This document shows, piece by piece, positions 1-11,557 of a stretch of DNA of 64,000 bases. A program made the translations under genes and the position numbers. Every line of letters starts with the position of its first letter. The stretch's first letter is position 1. A model generated the notes under the pieces. It did not search any database. It saw only the letters and a list, made by a program, of their open reading frames with translations, and was not told the origin of the DNA. The stretch is from Lama guanicoe (Eukaryota): positions 4,990,123 to 5,054,122 of the forward strand of contig MU053557.1 of assembly GCA_013239625.1 (NCBI GenBank). Direction: 5' to 3'.

Positions 1-1023
1 AGGCCTTAAACACCCTAGTACCTTTGTATATTCACCTGTTGAATGTGGGGAGGAATAATCACCTCAGAGAATTAAGTGAGCTAATGGGTAAAATAGCCAT
101 TTATTAGGTTTAGAACAGATTGCTTTAAGCGACCTGCATTCTAATTGTCTCATTTGGAGGATGGTAAAAATGGATAAGTTATCACTATGATGGGTTTCTA
201 TTTTAATGTTCTTTTTTTTTTGCATCTTTTTCTTTCCTGATTTCAGAAATAACACAGGCTTTCTCTCTAAATGTTCAAGGATCCCCTAGAATGTAAGCTC
301 CATAAGGGGAGAAACTGTTTAGTTCAATATATCCCAGTTCTTGATACATAAGTAATAGACTTCAATTAGTGTTTATTGAGTAAATGAAATAATCAGGTAG
401 GTAATGTAGAAGATGAAAGTCTTCTTGTATTTCACCCTCCAGAAATTGGGATTTTTCTCTGCAGGCATTAAACAAACATAGTTTGTTACTTACTTTAATA
501 AAAATAAGAGCATACTCTGGATGTTTTTCTAAGTTAGATTTTCCCACTTGATTGTGCCTCCAGGACATCTTTCTATCGATGAACATATATAGATGTCCTG
601 CATACTTTTAAACAGTGGTATGGCTTAATTCATAGGGGCTGGAGTTCAGAGTGTTTCTCAAGGTAATGGTGGTAGATGCCAAGTATGTTAGAGCTGGAAA
701 GAAGTCCAGCTTCCCACCCTTATATGACAGATGGTGAAAATGAGAGAATGAAAATTACAGTTGGCAGCAGATCTAGGATAAAACCCTAGTTCAGCTTTCC
801 TTTTATGCTGAGCGCTCCATCTCGTCCTCTCTTCTTGTAATGAAAATAACTAATTTATAACATTACAAACTCCTTGCAAACATTCCACTGGGACATTCTT
901 GCCAAGAATGATGGGACCCTGATGATGTGAATGTTCTAGACTACCATCAAAGCCTGCAAAAAAAAAAAAAGTCACTCTACCCACCTCCCAAGTGACTTCT
1001 TATGACTGTTTTTTTCCTTCCAG

Positions 1024-1147
1024 CTGCCACAGGGAGATCTGGATGTCCTGTTCTCAAACATTGATGATATCATCAAGGTGAACAGCAGATTGCTTCATGA
1101 TCTGCAGGAAACAGCCTCCAGGGAAGAGGAACAAGTGCAGCTGATTG
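1024..1147 (+). CDS. ARHGEF37: ARHGEF37 coding exon (DH domain): [41 protein letters not shown]
   Basis: ttttttccttccag acceptor, G/gtaagc donor; LFSNI DH motif. Confidence 0.95.
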
Positions 1148-1439
1148 GTAAGCAAAAGATCAGGAAGCTGTTAGCTGGAGGTTCCTGTGGAATTGTTTTC
1201 GGCATGTGGTCACTGCTGTACTGTCTCCAGAGTTCCAGGGAAATGCAGCTTAATTAATCTGTCTTGGTAATCCCTGAAACATTGCATGTTAGAGCTGGCA
1301 AGACCCTCAAATAATATCCAGTCCAACCCCATCGCTTTACAGATGGACTGAGGCCCAGAGACAGGAAGGGACATCCTCATGGACACATAATTGGTTAGTG
1401 GCATGGCTGAGTCTATAGTATGGACTCTTTCACATTCGT

Positions 1440-2100
1440 GCATTGAACAATTATCTACTGAGCACCTGCAGTGTGCCAGTCACTGCTGTGTGCCTGGTCA
1501 CAGCATCAACAAGAGGATTTGATCTTCTGTTCTTATGGATTAACAAATTAGTGAGAAAGACAGATGATACACAGATAAACAGAAGAATTTTCAGTAGTAA
1601 TTTATAATTTGAAGACTAACAGTTGTACTAACTTTTGAGATAAGAGAAGGCCTCCTGAGGAGGTGACATTTGAACTGAGACCTAAATGTTAGGAATGAGC
1701 CATCAGTGAGAAGATCTGGAAAGAGAGTAGAGAGAATAGCTGTGCAAAGGTCCTGAGGCAGGGATGAGCCTGGGATATTCGAAGGACAGGCAGAAAGAAC
1801 GCTGATGTGTCTCCAGGGGGATTAGTGAGGGGAGAGTGTTTGGAGATGAGATAGAAGAGGCAGAGAAGGACCAGATTGTGCAGGGCCTTCTAGGCCATGG
1901 TAAAGAATGTGGATTTTATTCTAAATGTGATGAGAAGTTGTTGGACAACTTTGAGCAGGGAAGTGATATGGTCAGATTTGTTTTTCAAAGATCTCTTAGG
2001 CTGGGGTGGATGGTGGATTGTGAGGGGGTGGCAAGGGCAGAAGTAGGGAGACTAGCTGGGGGATTTAATATCACCTAGGTGAGAAATGAAGGTAGATTCC
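1440..2100 (-). mobile_element. L2 LINE 3' fragment
   Basis: Reverse complement of the L2 tail (actgagcacc...tgtgccag) and GAGGAGGTGACATTTGAACTGAGACC internal motif; boundaries approximate. Confidence 0.75.
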
Positions 2101-3052
2101 TGATGCTGAAATGGTTAGGATGACCAGAGTATAAAGAAGGAGGGATCAGTGGGTGTAAACCTCTTCCCTATCTTCTGCAATCTCTTCCCATCTGCTGTTC
2201 TGGGGCTACTTAACAAAATGTGCAGGGTCAGGGGTTTTCAAATGGAGTCAGGGGACAAGGAGAATGGTGTCAGGCAGAGAAGAGGACAAGGCGAGGGCAC
2301 TCAGTCCCGTGGCCACCCAAGTCCCTCTGGCCTTCACATCCCCAATCTTCTACCCTTTCTTAGACATGAATGTGTTGATGAGGATAAAGAGTAACAAATA
2401 TGCAAACAAATTTTTTGAAAAAGCCCTCTTTCTGAGTGTTCACTGAATGACCAGCACTGTTCTGATATATATGTATTAACTCATTTAATCCTCACAACAG
2501 TCTGGAAAGGTAGATGCTGTCATCTCATTTTATAGTTGAGGAAACTGAGGCACAAAGAGAGGAAGTAACCTGCTCAAGGTCATCCAGCTAGTGGCAGAGC
2601 CAGGATATGCATTGGGGCAGGAGGCCTCTGGACCCATGCCTTCCAACTGCTGCACTGAACAGCTCCCTTGCAGTAGAGTGGGATTAAAGTCTGTGTATAG
2701 TGTGTTTATTATTCCCTTGAAAATATGATTCTTTTTTAAAACAGCAATGTGAATGAAGTGCTGTTTCCTATAAATGATAGATGAACACAGACACAAAAAA
2801 GAACAAGAGTTTTTTAAAGTATTTGGATAGATAAGCTTCAGGCTGCAGACACTCTAAGGGTCTGGAGACTCTGAGGTCAGGCTCTTCTGTTGCTGTAGGT
2901 TTGAGGTTTGACCCGATTCCTGTTAGGGTTCCTCGCTTGTCCATTTCTGCCTTCCTGCTTGACCTACTAGGAGTCAAGATGCCACTCTGTCCCCCAAGCA
3001 TACCTGGTGACATCTCCATTCCCTGCCTTCACTGCTTCACTGCTTCTCTGGT

Positions 3053-3233
3053 ACAGTTTCCAGGTAAAATATAGGATGGCCAATTAAATTTGAATTTCAG
3101 AAAAACAGTAATGTTTTAGTAATTCCCGTGTAACATTTGAGACATATTTACACTGAAACATACTTTATTATTTATCTGAAGCTCAAATTTAACTGAGCAT
3201 CTTGTATTTTCCCTCACTAATTTGGCAAACCTA
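3053..3233. mobile_element. MER53-like palindromic hAT MITE
   Basis: Self-complementary arms (TTAAATTTGAATTTCAGA ... TCTGAAGCTCAAATTTAA) ending TTGGCAAACCTA. Confidence 0.75.
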
Positions 3234-3609
3234 TTCCCTGGAGTTTACAGAGTCTACAGAAAGTAGCCTCCTCATCCTTTACTCCTCATTGTTAGCCAAG
3301 AAGAGGCGCAAAGAATCCGCTTGGCTTTTCTTCTCCTAGGTGCAGCTATGTGCTGGATCAAGGCTGCTTCCTACCAGCTCTCTCTGTTCCCTGCCCAGCC
3401 CCCAGGCCCTGCTGTAAAGGTCCTTTTCCCAGTCCCACAGCCACAGCATTTTAAAAGATTTTTGGACCTTAGGCATAACTGTTTTTAACAGTTTTCCCCT
3501 CCCAAGTGAGGTAGGTTCCCTGTCCTTATGAATGACTCCCAGTGCAACTCAGATATTCACAGGAGTTCCCACATAGGGTCCTGTCACTGGAAGTCATCAT
3601 GCTCTAGTA

Positions 3610-4100
3610 CAGTGGTTGTCCAAAAGAAATACAATGTGAAGGAGGAACATTATAGCTCAAGTGGTAGAGTGCATGCTTAGCATGCACGAGGTCCTGGCTT
3701 CAGTCCTCAGTACCTCCAGTAAAAATATATAAATAAATAGACCTAATTACCTCCCCCCACCAAAAAACCCCACAAATAACCCAACCAACCAAAAAAAAAA
3801 CAGATAAAGAAAAACAAATATAATGACAGTCACAAATTAAATTTAAAAATTTTGAGTAGCTACATTAAAAAAATTAAAGCAGGTGAAATTAATTTTAATG
3901 ATGTATCTTACCTAACCCAATATATCCAAAATAATATTTCAACATTTAATCAATGTAAAATTCATTCATGGTACATTTTATTATTATTATTTTTTTGTGT
4001 GAAACCTTTGCAATCCCAATGTCTTTTAAGCTGACAGCACATCTCAGTTGGAATTCTTCATATTTCAAGCGCCCAATAGCCACATGTGGCTGTGGCTTGC
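3610..4100 (+). mobile_element. MER33-like hAT-Charlie DNA transposon, interrupted by a SINE
   Basis: TGTCCAAAAGAAATACAATG start, CAGGTGAAATTAATTTTAAT internal motif, ATAGCCACATGTGGCT end. Confidence 0.75.
3640..3815 (+). mobile_element. tRNA-derived SINE (camelid vic-1-like)
   Basis: A box TAGCTCAAGTGG (3653-3664), degenerate B box, A-rich tail; TSD AAATACAATG (3627-3636) / AAATATAATG (3816-3825). Confidence 0.8.
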
Positions 4101-5268
4101 AGGTCTAGTGTTTTAGAGCAGGGACTGTGGAGTCTGACTGTGAAGGTTCTGCCACCCACAGCTCCTTCATGTCTCTGAGCCTCAGTTTCATGCCTTCTGT
4201 GTGAAAATAGTACCCATCTCTGTGCCAGCCATGACTGTGGGTACTTAACATGTAGTAGCCCTTTTCATTCTTCTGACACTGCTATTTGTTGATTATTATT
4301 ATTATTATTACTATTGTAGTCCCCATTTTACTAAAGAAAAATCTGAAACTCAGAGAGGTTAAGTAACTTTCCTAAGGTTACACAACTTAACCAGGTAGTC
4401 AGGATTTGAACCCAGCTCTTTCAGACTCTAGAGCCTTAGCTCTTGACCATCCTGCCTCCCTTTCTCATTTCTCCCGGCTAGAGATAGAGTGTCCTTTTGA
4501 TACTGGGAGTAACTTCTTTGCTGCTGTGACTTCTTTACAGTCTGTGACTAGAAAGACAAGAGGAGAGGAAATAAGTCCTTGGTGCCTGTAGCATTCCTAC
4601 CTCTCTGACAGCTCTGCTCTAGTTTGCCTTCCTCCACCCTTCAGTTACTAAAACGCCCTTGCCCCTGGCCATACTGATATGATAGGTTTCTTTGACATTA
4701 GTCACATTCCTGCAGAATCACCCTCAAGGAGAATGTGGGAACCGCCCTAGGTTTGAGGGCTACGCCCAAACTCTCTCTTAGTGAGATCATCTCTGCAGCT
4801 GACTGATCTCCCTGTCACACACCTTCTCCTTAGCTGTGGGTTTTAGGTGATCTTTCCTGGCCACAGTCTCTCTCAGTTTCAGGGCTCTCCTGAGGGAATT
4901 CTTTCTGAGAATTGGCTGGACCAGCACTGGGGAAGGGGTTTGGTCCTGGGGTGATAGTCTTGCTGTGGGAGTCTTTGCTGAGAGCTGGACCATGCTGGTC
5001 TAGGTGCCATCTGATGTGTCCCATGGAGGGCCTGGTGCATTTCAGAGGTACAACCCACAGCAGTTGGGTCACCTGGGCTTCCTATGGTCTGTGGCTCACT
5101 TGCCCTTTTGTGGTTAATAAGTTCTCTTCACCGTCACCACTTGCCCCTAGAGGGATAACCAAATGCTCTTGCCTGAATATTTGTAGTAGCCTTCTAACAG
5201 CTATTCTTGTTAACACTTTGGACCCCTGGTTTAATCTCAACATAGTATAGACCTCATAGACTTTATTT

Positions 5269-6045
5269 ATTTATTTATTTTAACATTTTTTATTGATTTA
5301 TAATCATTTTACAATGTTGTGTCAAATTCCAGTGTAGAGCACAATTTTTCAGTTAGACATGAACATATATGTATATTCATTGTCACATTTTTTTCTCTGT
5401 GAGCTACCATAAGATCTTGTGTATATTTCCCTGTGCTTTACAGTATAATCTTGTTTATCTATTCTACAATTTTAAAACCCCATCTATCCCTTCCCACTCT
5501 CTACCCCTTTGGCAACCACAAGTTTGTATTCTATGTCTATGAGTCTATTTCTGTTTTGTATTTATCCTTTTTTTTTTGTTTTTGTTTTTTAGATTCCACA
5601 TATGAGCGATCTCATATGGTATTTTTCTTTCTCTTTCCGGCTTACTTCACTTAGAATGACATTCTCCAGGAGCATCCATGTTGCCACAAATGGCGTTATG
5701 TTGTTGGTTTTTGTGGCTGAATAGTATTCCATTGTATAAATATACCACATCTTCTTTATTCAGTCATCTGCTGGTGGACATTTAGGGTGTTTCCATGTCT
5801 TGGCTATTGTAAATAGTGCTGCTATGAACATTGGGGTGCATGTGTCATTTTGGAGTAGGGTTCCTTCTGGATATAAGCCCAGGAGTAGGATTCCTGAGTC
5901 ATAGGGTAAGTCTATTCCTAGTCTTTTGAGGAATCTCCATACTGTTTTCCACAGTGGCTGCACCAAACTACATTCCCACCAGCAGTGTAGGAGGATTCCC
6001 CTTTCTCCACAGCCTCTCCAGCATTTGTCATTTGTGGATTTTTGA
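5269..6045 (-). mobile_element. Young 5'-truncated L1 (ORF2 C-terminus plus 3' UTR)
   Basis: ORF 5760..5966 [10 protein letters not shown]...[17 protein letters not shown] is the L1 ORF2p C-terminus; (TTTA)n tail; 13-bp TSD ATAGACTTTATTT at 5256-5268 and 6046-6058. Confidence 0.93.
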
Positions 6046-7505
6046 ATAGACTTTATTTTTTAGAGCACTTTTAGATTTGCAGAACAGCTAAGCAGAAAGT
6101 ACAGAGCACTCCTATGTACTCTCTCCCCCACCCACAGAGTTTCCCCTGTTACTAACACCTTGCATTAGTGTGGTACCTTTATTATGATTGATGAATGAAT
6201 ATTAATGTATTATTATTGACTCAAGTCCATAGCATACAGTGGGGTTCACTCTGTGTGTTGCTCAGTTCTGTGGGTTTAGACTGATGTATAATGTCAGGTA
6301 TCTCTTGGTACAGTATCATACATATAGTTTCTCTTCTCCAGAAATCCTCTGTGCTCTGCATTATATTCTGACTTCTGTATGTACTACAGCATGCTCACAA
6401 CCGAAAGTTTAGTTTCCATTTGTCACCATGCAGTTGACCCCCTTTACCCATTTTGTGCTCCCCTCAACCCCCTTTACCTTCTACACTTATTAATCGGAAT
6501 TCTTCTATAAGCAAGAACTGTCCCTTCTCCCCCTTTCATTTCTTTATTCAAATGTTTATTTGTCTAAGTATAAATTCTTGGATATTTTCTTTATTCTATG
6601 AGTCAGAATCCAGTATTATAATTTTCTTGCTCAAATTTTACCAACTTTGTCCATCAGGAACTCCTTCAATTTGGCTCCTGTGTCCTTTCAATATGTCTCT
6701 AACAATTTGTGAGCACTTTCTTACTTTCTGATACCACAGGATGTTCCAGGCTTAGCTTATATTCTCCCTTTCCCAGCCTTGGAAGTGGCCATTTCTCCTA
6801 GTAGCCCTTGTTCCTAGCTTTGGAGAGTAATATTTAGACACCAAGTTCTAGGATCTAGATATGCTCATTGCTCCTGGAGTGTCTTTGCTTCTAGGCCCTC
6901 TCTGCTGATAGAGCTAGGAAATATATGCACATATACCAACACACGCATATACACATCTACATCTTTTTCTATCCATCTGTACTTAGATACTTAAAGTATT
7001 TAAAACCGTGAGTTCATACTCAATACCAATTCTAGCCCAGCATCTCAGGGTTCATTCTAATCTTCCCCCTTTTCTTATTTGTTAACATATTTCTGTGACA
7101 GGGAGAAATGGCTGCCATTATCTGTAGTATATTTACTTATTTGTTCAAAGTTAGTCCTCACATAAAGTAGTTTCAGAATTATTAACCTGCATCCCTGTGA
7201 AAAACAGTTACTTATGTTGATTTCTTCATACACAATTATTCATTTGTATAGAGTGAAGTTCATTCCGTATTGTTGGTATATTCCATTTGGGGTTCCCCTT
7301 CCACATCCTGCTTGGTCTTAATTATATATTTATTTTAGAAGTATGTGAAACATTATGATGGTTCCAAGGGTCAGAGCTATACAGAAAGGTATATTGAGCA
7401 AAGCATTGCTCCCCTCTCATCTCTGCTGCCCCATCCCATTCCCTACTCTTTCCACCCCTTTCCACCTCCTCCAACAAATAACTGATTTCATAAGGTTCTG
7501 ATTTC
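6046..7505 (-). mobile_element. Old L1MC/L1MD-type 3' UTR sequence (possibly composite)
   Basis: GACTTTATTTTTTAGAGCA...AAAGTACAGAG and TTCTAGGCCCTCTC...GAGCTAGGAAATATATG motifs typical of old L1M 3' ends. Confidence 0.7.
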
Positions 7506-7610
7506 AAAATTAGGACCACTTCATAAATTTGCATGTCATTCATGTGCAGGGGCCATGCTAACCTTCTCCATATTGTTCTAACTTTAGTGTAAGTGCTTTT
7601 GAAATTGTAC
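7506..7610 (-). pseudogene. U6 snRNA pseudogene, full length and diverged
   Basis: Minus strand GTACAATTTCAAAAGCACTTACACTAAAGTTAGAACAATATGGAGAAGGTTAGCATGGCCCCTGCACATGAATGACATGCAAATTTATGAAGTGGTCCTAATTTT aligns end to end with U6. ACAGAGA box mutated to ATGGAGA; many CpG decays. Confidence 0.93.
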
Positions 7611-8190
7611 ATAGGAGTGATCCTTTTAAAACAGAAACCAGATCATGTCACCCTGCTTAGAGCCCTCCACTTGCTTCCTGCCACTTTAGAATAAAATCTG
7701 AACACCTTATACCTATGTATACCTCTGCCTTATTTACTTACTTCAAGGCTCTACAAGATCTGGCTTTAGTTTCCAGAAGTTTATTTTCTCTACTTTGTGC
7801 TCTTGCTCACTCTGCTCCAGCCACACCTGCCTCGTGTCACCTACATGTCAAGTGCCCACCTGCCTTCAGGCCCTTGCATTTGTTCTTCCCTAAGCCTCGT
7901 GCTGCTCTTCCACTAAACATTCCCAGGGCTGGGTCTTCTTGGTCTCTGATAAACATTCACATCTTTATGGAAGCCTTCCCTAGATAAATCTACCACTCTC
8001 CAGCTCTTTATATGGCTTTGTTTAGATTTATGGTACTCATCACTACCTGGCATATGTATTTATTTATTGTCTGTCTCCCCACTAGAATATAAACCCCACG
8101 AGGCAGGTTCATTATTTTGTTCACAGAACTTAGAAGAGTTCCTGGCACATAGTCAATAAATAAACAGTTGGTAAATTTTTGGTGAATAAA
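7611..8190 (+). mobile_element. L2 3' fragment, continuing the L2 piece at ~5165-5250
   Basis: GAGTGATCCTTTTAAAA...CAGATCATGTCA motif; tail CCTGGCACATAGTCAATAAA. Confidence 0.8.
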
Positions 8191-8814
8191 GTTTGTCAGA
8201 TGCTTTGTCTGCATTATTTGATTTAATCCTCATAAAAACCCTTGGAGGTGAGTACTGTTTTTATTCTAATCTATAGATGAGAAAATGGAAGGTTGGAGGG
8301 ATCACATACTTGCCCTAGGTTACACCAGTGGGAGAGGGTTGGCTGGAGATCTGGCCCTACTTCTCTCTGACCCCAAAGCCCACACTTGTGAGTACCCATG
8401 CTGTGCTATAGGGTCTTTGTAAACAGGGGGTTTGGAGTTATACTTGCCGTCCATGGTAATTGTAAAAATATAACATGAGTGTGTTTTGTAAGCTGTGAAG
8501 CACTGTACAAATATGAGAATTATCAAATATTATTGCTGAAATTATAGCTACCATTTATTAAGTACACACAGTACACCAGTCTAAGCTCTACACCATTCTG
8601 TCACTTAATCCTTACAGCAGATTTTGAAAGTGAGATGAAGAAATGGAAACTCAGGAATATGAAGTGACTTACCCAAGGTGACAGCGCTGCTTAAGCCTGG
8701 CATTCTCACTCCAGAACTGGTGTGCTTAGCTGTGTCACTTACAGCTGTGTCTCTGTCCCAAGCAAGGGGACATACAGACGTGCCTTTGAGAACTTGTTAC
8801 TTTTTCACTGTCAG

Positions 8815-8962
8815 GTAACTTATTCCTGGAATTCCAAGAGGACCTGGAGCAAGTCTATAAGGTCTACTGTGCCAACTATGAACAGGCCTTGCTGCTGGTG
8901 GAGACCTACCGGAAGGAGCCGGAGCTGCAGCAGGAGATCCAGAGTGTCATTGAGGCAGTGCT
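8815..8962 (+). CDS. ARHGEF37: ARHGEF37 coding exon (DH domain): [49 protein letters not shown]
   Basis: tttttcactgtcag acceptor, CT/gtgagt donor; YxxYCxNY DH motif; phase compatible with neighbours. Confidence 0.95.
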
Positions 8963-9049
8963 GTGAGTAGAATGACCCCCATGCACCCCAAAGTCAGGGG
9001 CCTTAAAGGTCGAACCCCTGCTTGGTGCTGGTCACACTGCTTCAGGAGT

Positions 9050-9430
9050 GTCCCAGTCAGGCTAGGTCAGGCTATGCTGCAGAGACAAACAACTCCCACC
9101 TCTCAGTGGCTTCAGACAACAAGATCTGTACTCTTATGCTCCATTGTGGATTATCTTGGGGCTCTTCTGTACGTTATCCTCACTCTGAGACCCAAGCTAA
9201 CAGCAATTACTGTCTGGAATATTGCCAGTAATTTGACAAAGGAGAAGAGGGGGTCTAACACTGGTAATTACATGCTGTAGACCAGAAATGATAGCCATTG
9301 TATCTCATAATTCATGGGCCAGAACTAATCACATGGCTTCATCCAGCCAAGGCAAGGGCTTGCTATCCTGCCGTATCTCTCAAGGTGGAAAAGCAGAAGC
9401 ATTTGGTGAACAGCGCTCATAACTACCATA
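9050..9430 (-). mobile_element. MLT1 (ERVL-MaLR) solo LTR
   Basis: GGCTATGCTGCAGAGACAAACAACTCCC...CTCAGTGGCTT and CTAATCACATGGC motifs; boundaries approximate. Confidence 0.65.
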
Positions 9431-9639
9431 GGAAGTGCAGGGAGATGGTGGGAACTGTGTGCTGTAAGCAGCAGTGCCAGGAAGCAGGTTTGTATCACCT
9501 GAGGAGGCCTCTCTATAGATGGCTGAAGTCTCATTCCAAGAAAAAGGGTCAGAACTGCCCTGGGGGGCCTCTCAGTTCAGAGCTGGGACCAGTGGCGGAA
9601 GCTCCAAGTAGATACATGTAGAGAAAAAAATTTTTTTAA

Positions 9640-10340
9640 TTAAAAGTTTGAACAGCTACATGGTTCAAAAGCTTTAAAACATACTGAATTTATACAGTTA
9701 CAAAAAAATCTTCTCAACTCTGTCTTTTCTTATACCCAATTATGCCTATGTAAGCAAATACAAATTCATACCTTATTTTCCTACCTTTTTAGTGGAAGTT
9801 TGTTTTAGTTTTTACTTACAATATATCTTGGAGGTCTTTCTATTTCAATACATACATGTATGATTCTTTAAACAGCTGCATGGTTTTCTACCATGTGGCC
9901 ATTCCACAGTTCATTTAACTGGTCTCTATTAATGGACTTTGGTTTGTTTCTATTCTTTTGATAGTATAGATAGTGCTACAGTGATTATTCATGAACATAT
10001 GTTATTTCACTCAGGTGCAAGTATTTCTGTAAGGTAGATTTCCAGAGGTAGAGTTGCTTACTCAATGGAAGTATGTATTGATAAGTTTTGTAATACTGCA
10101 AAATTTCCCTCGGGAGAGGCTATTCCAATTGACATTCCCATGAGCAATGTACGAGGGTGTCTGTTTCTCCATAGCCACACCAGCAGAGTGTGTTATTAAA
10201 TTATAGAATATTTCTCACCAAGATAGGTGGAAAATTGCATCTTAGTATGGTTTCATTTTGCATTTATCTTATGTTGATAAGTTGATCATCTTTTTGTATA
10301 TCTAAGAGTCATTTATATTTCCTTGCCTGTGAATTATTCT
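9640..10340 (-). mobile_element. Old L1ME-type fragment
   Basis: ACAGCTGCATGGTTTTCTA...CATTTAAC and CATTCCCATGAGCAATGTACGAGGGTG L1 3' motifs. Confidence 0.65.
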
Positions 10341-10550
10341 GCCTCTTTTCTGTTTTAGAAAAGCTTATATCGTCCTAGGATAAGCTCACCAAATGGAAAT
10401 AAATGAAGGCTATTTTCTAGAAATCAGAATAATGTGGGAGGAACAAAAGTTTTTATTATTATTTTATCTTACTTAGACTTTTCCTTTATACCCAAGAGAA
10501 AGACAGTGGAGATTTAGGTCTTTGAAGTTGACATTATCTCATATATTCTT

Positions 10551-10803
10551 TTTTTAATATGTATTTTTATTGAAGTACAGTCAATTTACAATGTGTATCA
10601 ATTTCTGGTGTACAGTATAATGCTTCAGTCATACATGGACATACATATATTCATTTTCATATTCTTTTCAACCATAAGTTACTACAAAATATTGAATATA
10701 GTTCTTTGTGCTATACAGTATGAACTTGTTGTTTTATCTATTTTATATATATTAGTATCTGCAAATCTTGAACTCCCAATTTATCCCTCCCCTCCCCTGC
10801 AAC
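10551..10803 (-). mobile_element. Short L1 3' UTR insertion
   Basis: TTTTTATTGAAGTACAGTCAATTTACAATG L1 tail; 15-bp TSD ATCTC(A/G)TATATTCTT at 10536-10550 and 10804-10818. Confidence 0.85.
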
Positions 10804-11156
10804 ATCTCGTATATTCTTATAATCTCATAGCTTCCTGCTCCTTGTCCTTCTTCTCTCCCTTATCTTATCCTTAGCCCCCTGAAGCCTCCTTTTCAAGTAT
10901 CTAGCCCTTCCCTGCCTCCAAAAAAAACCTACACTCATATTCTCCTTTGATTCTTTTGATCCCATCATGGATCTTACAAATTTAAGCTTTTGCAAGGGTC
11001 ACTGAATACATTTCTTCAGATGTGAGGCAGATAACAGAAATGAGGGAAGCAAGATGCCAGATATAGTACAAAAGGGAGTAGTGGAGACTGTGGCGAACCA
11101 GAGCCAGCAGACCCTGTATAGAGTGCAGTTGCAGCCCAGCCTCAGCTGAGTGTTGC

Positions 11157-11557
11157 TGTGTTGCATAGCTGTTGCTGTAATGAACATAGTGGTTTAACAT
11201 ATAAAACACCCCCAAAATATGTTTAAAGCAAACATTTCTTTAGGTCACACTTCTGCACGTTAGCAGTTTAGCTAGGCTCAGTAAATGATTCTTCTTTTCC
11301 TGTCTGAAAACCCTCACGTGTCTGTGATCAGCGAGGGGTCAGCTTTGCTGATGTTGGCTGGGCGCTCTTACGTATCTGGACGCACGGGCTGACTCAGCTT
11401 TGTCTTTTGAGGTCTTGGCTGGGAATTGGCATGCTGTGCCAGACTCAAGTGATGGAGAAGGAGACCCCACTTCTTGATGTGAGAAGCTCCAAAGTCATAT
11501 TCAAAGGATATAGATGCAGATAGTAAAATAACCATTTTTTGTAAACCATCTGTCTCA
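11157..11557 (-). mobile_element. MLT1 solo LTR nested in a MER102-like hAT element (~11030-11735)
   Basis: TG...CA termini with 5-bp TSD GTTGC (11152-11156 and 11558-11562). Flanks rejoin into GGGAGTAGTGGAGACTGTGGCGAAC...GCCAGATCCTCTGATCTTTCAAGA. Confidence 0.65.

Noticed and set aside
5760..5966. Independent protein-coding gene
   Set aside because: C-terminal remnant of L1 ORF2 in a truncated insertion
7506..7610. Functional U6 snRNA gene
   Set aside because: ACAGAGA box and 5' stem are mutated, CpGs have decayed, and the upstream flank is L2 rather than PSE/TATA
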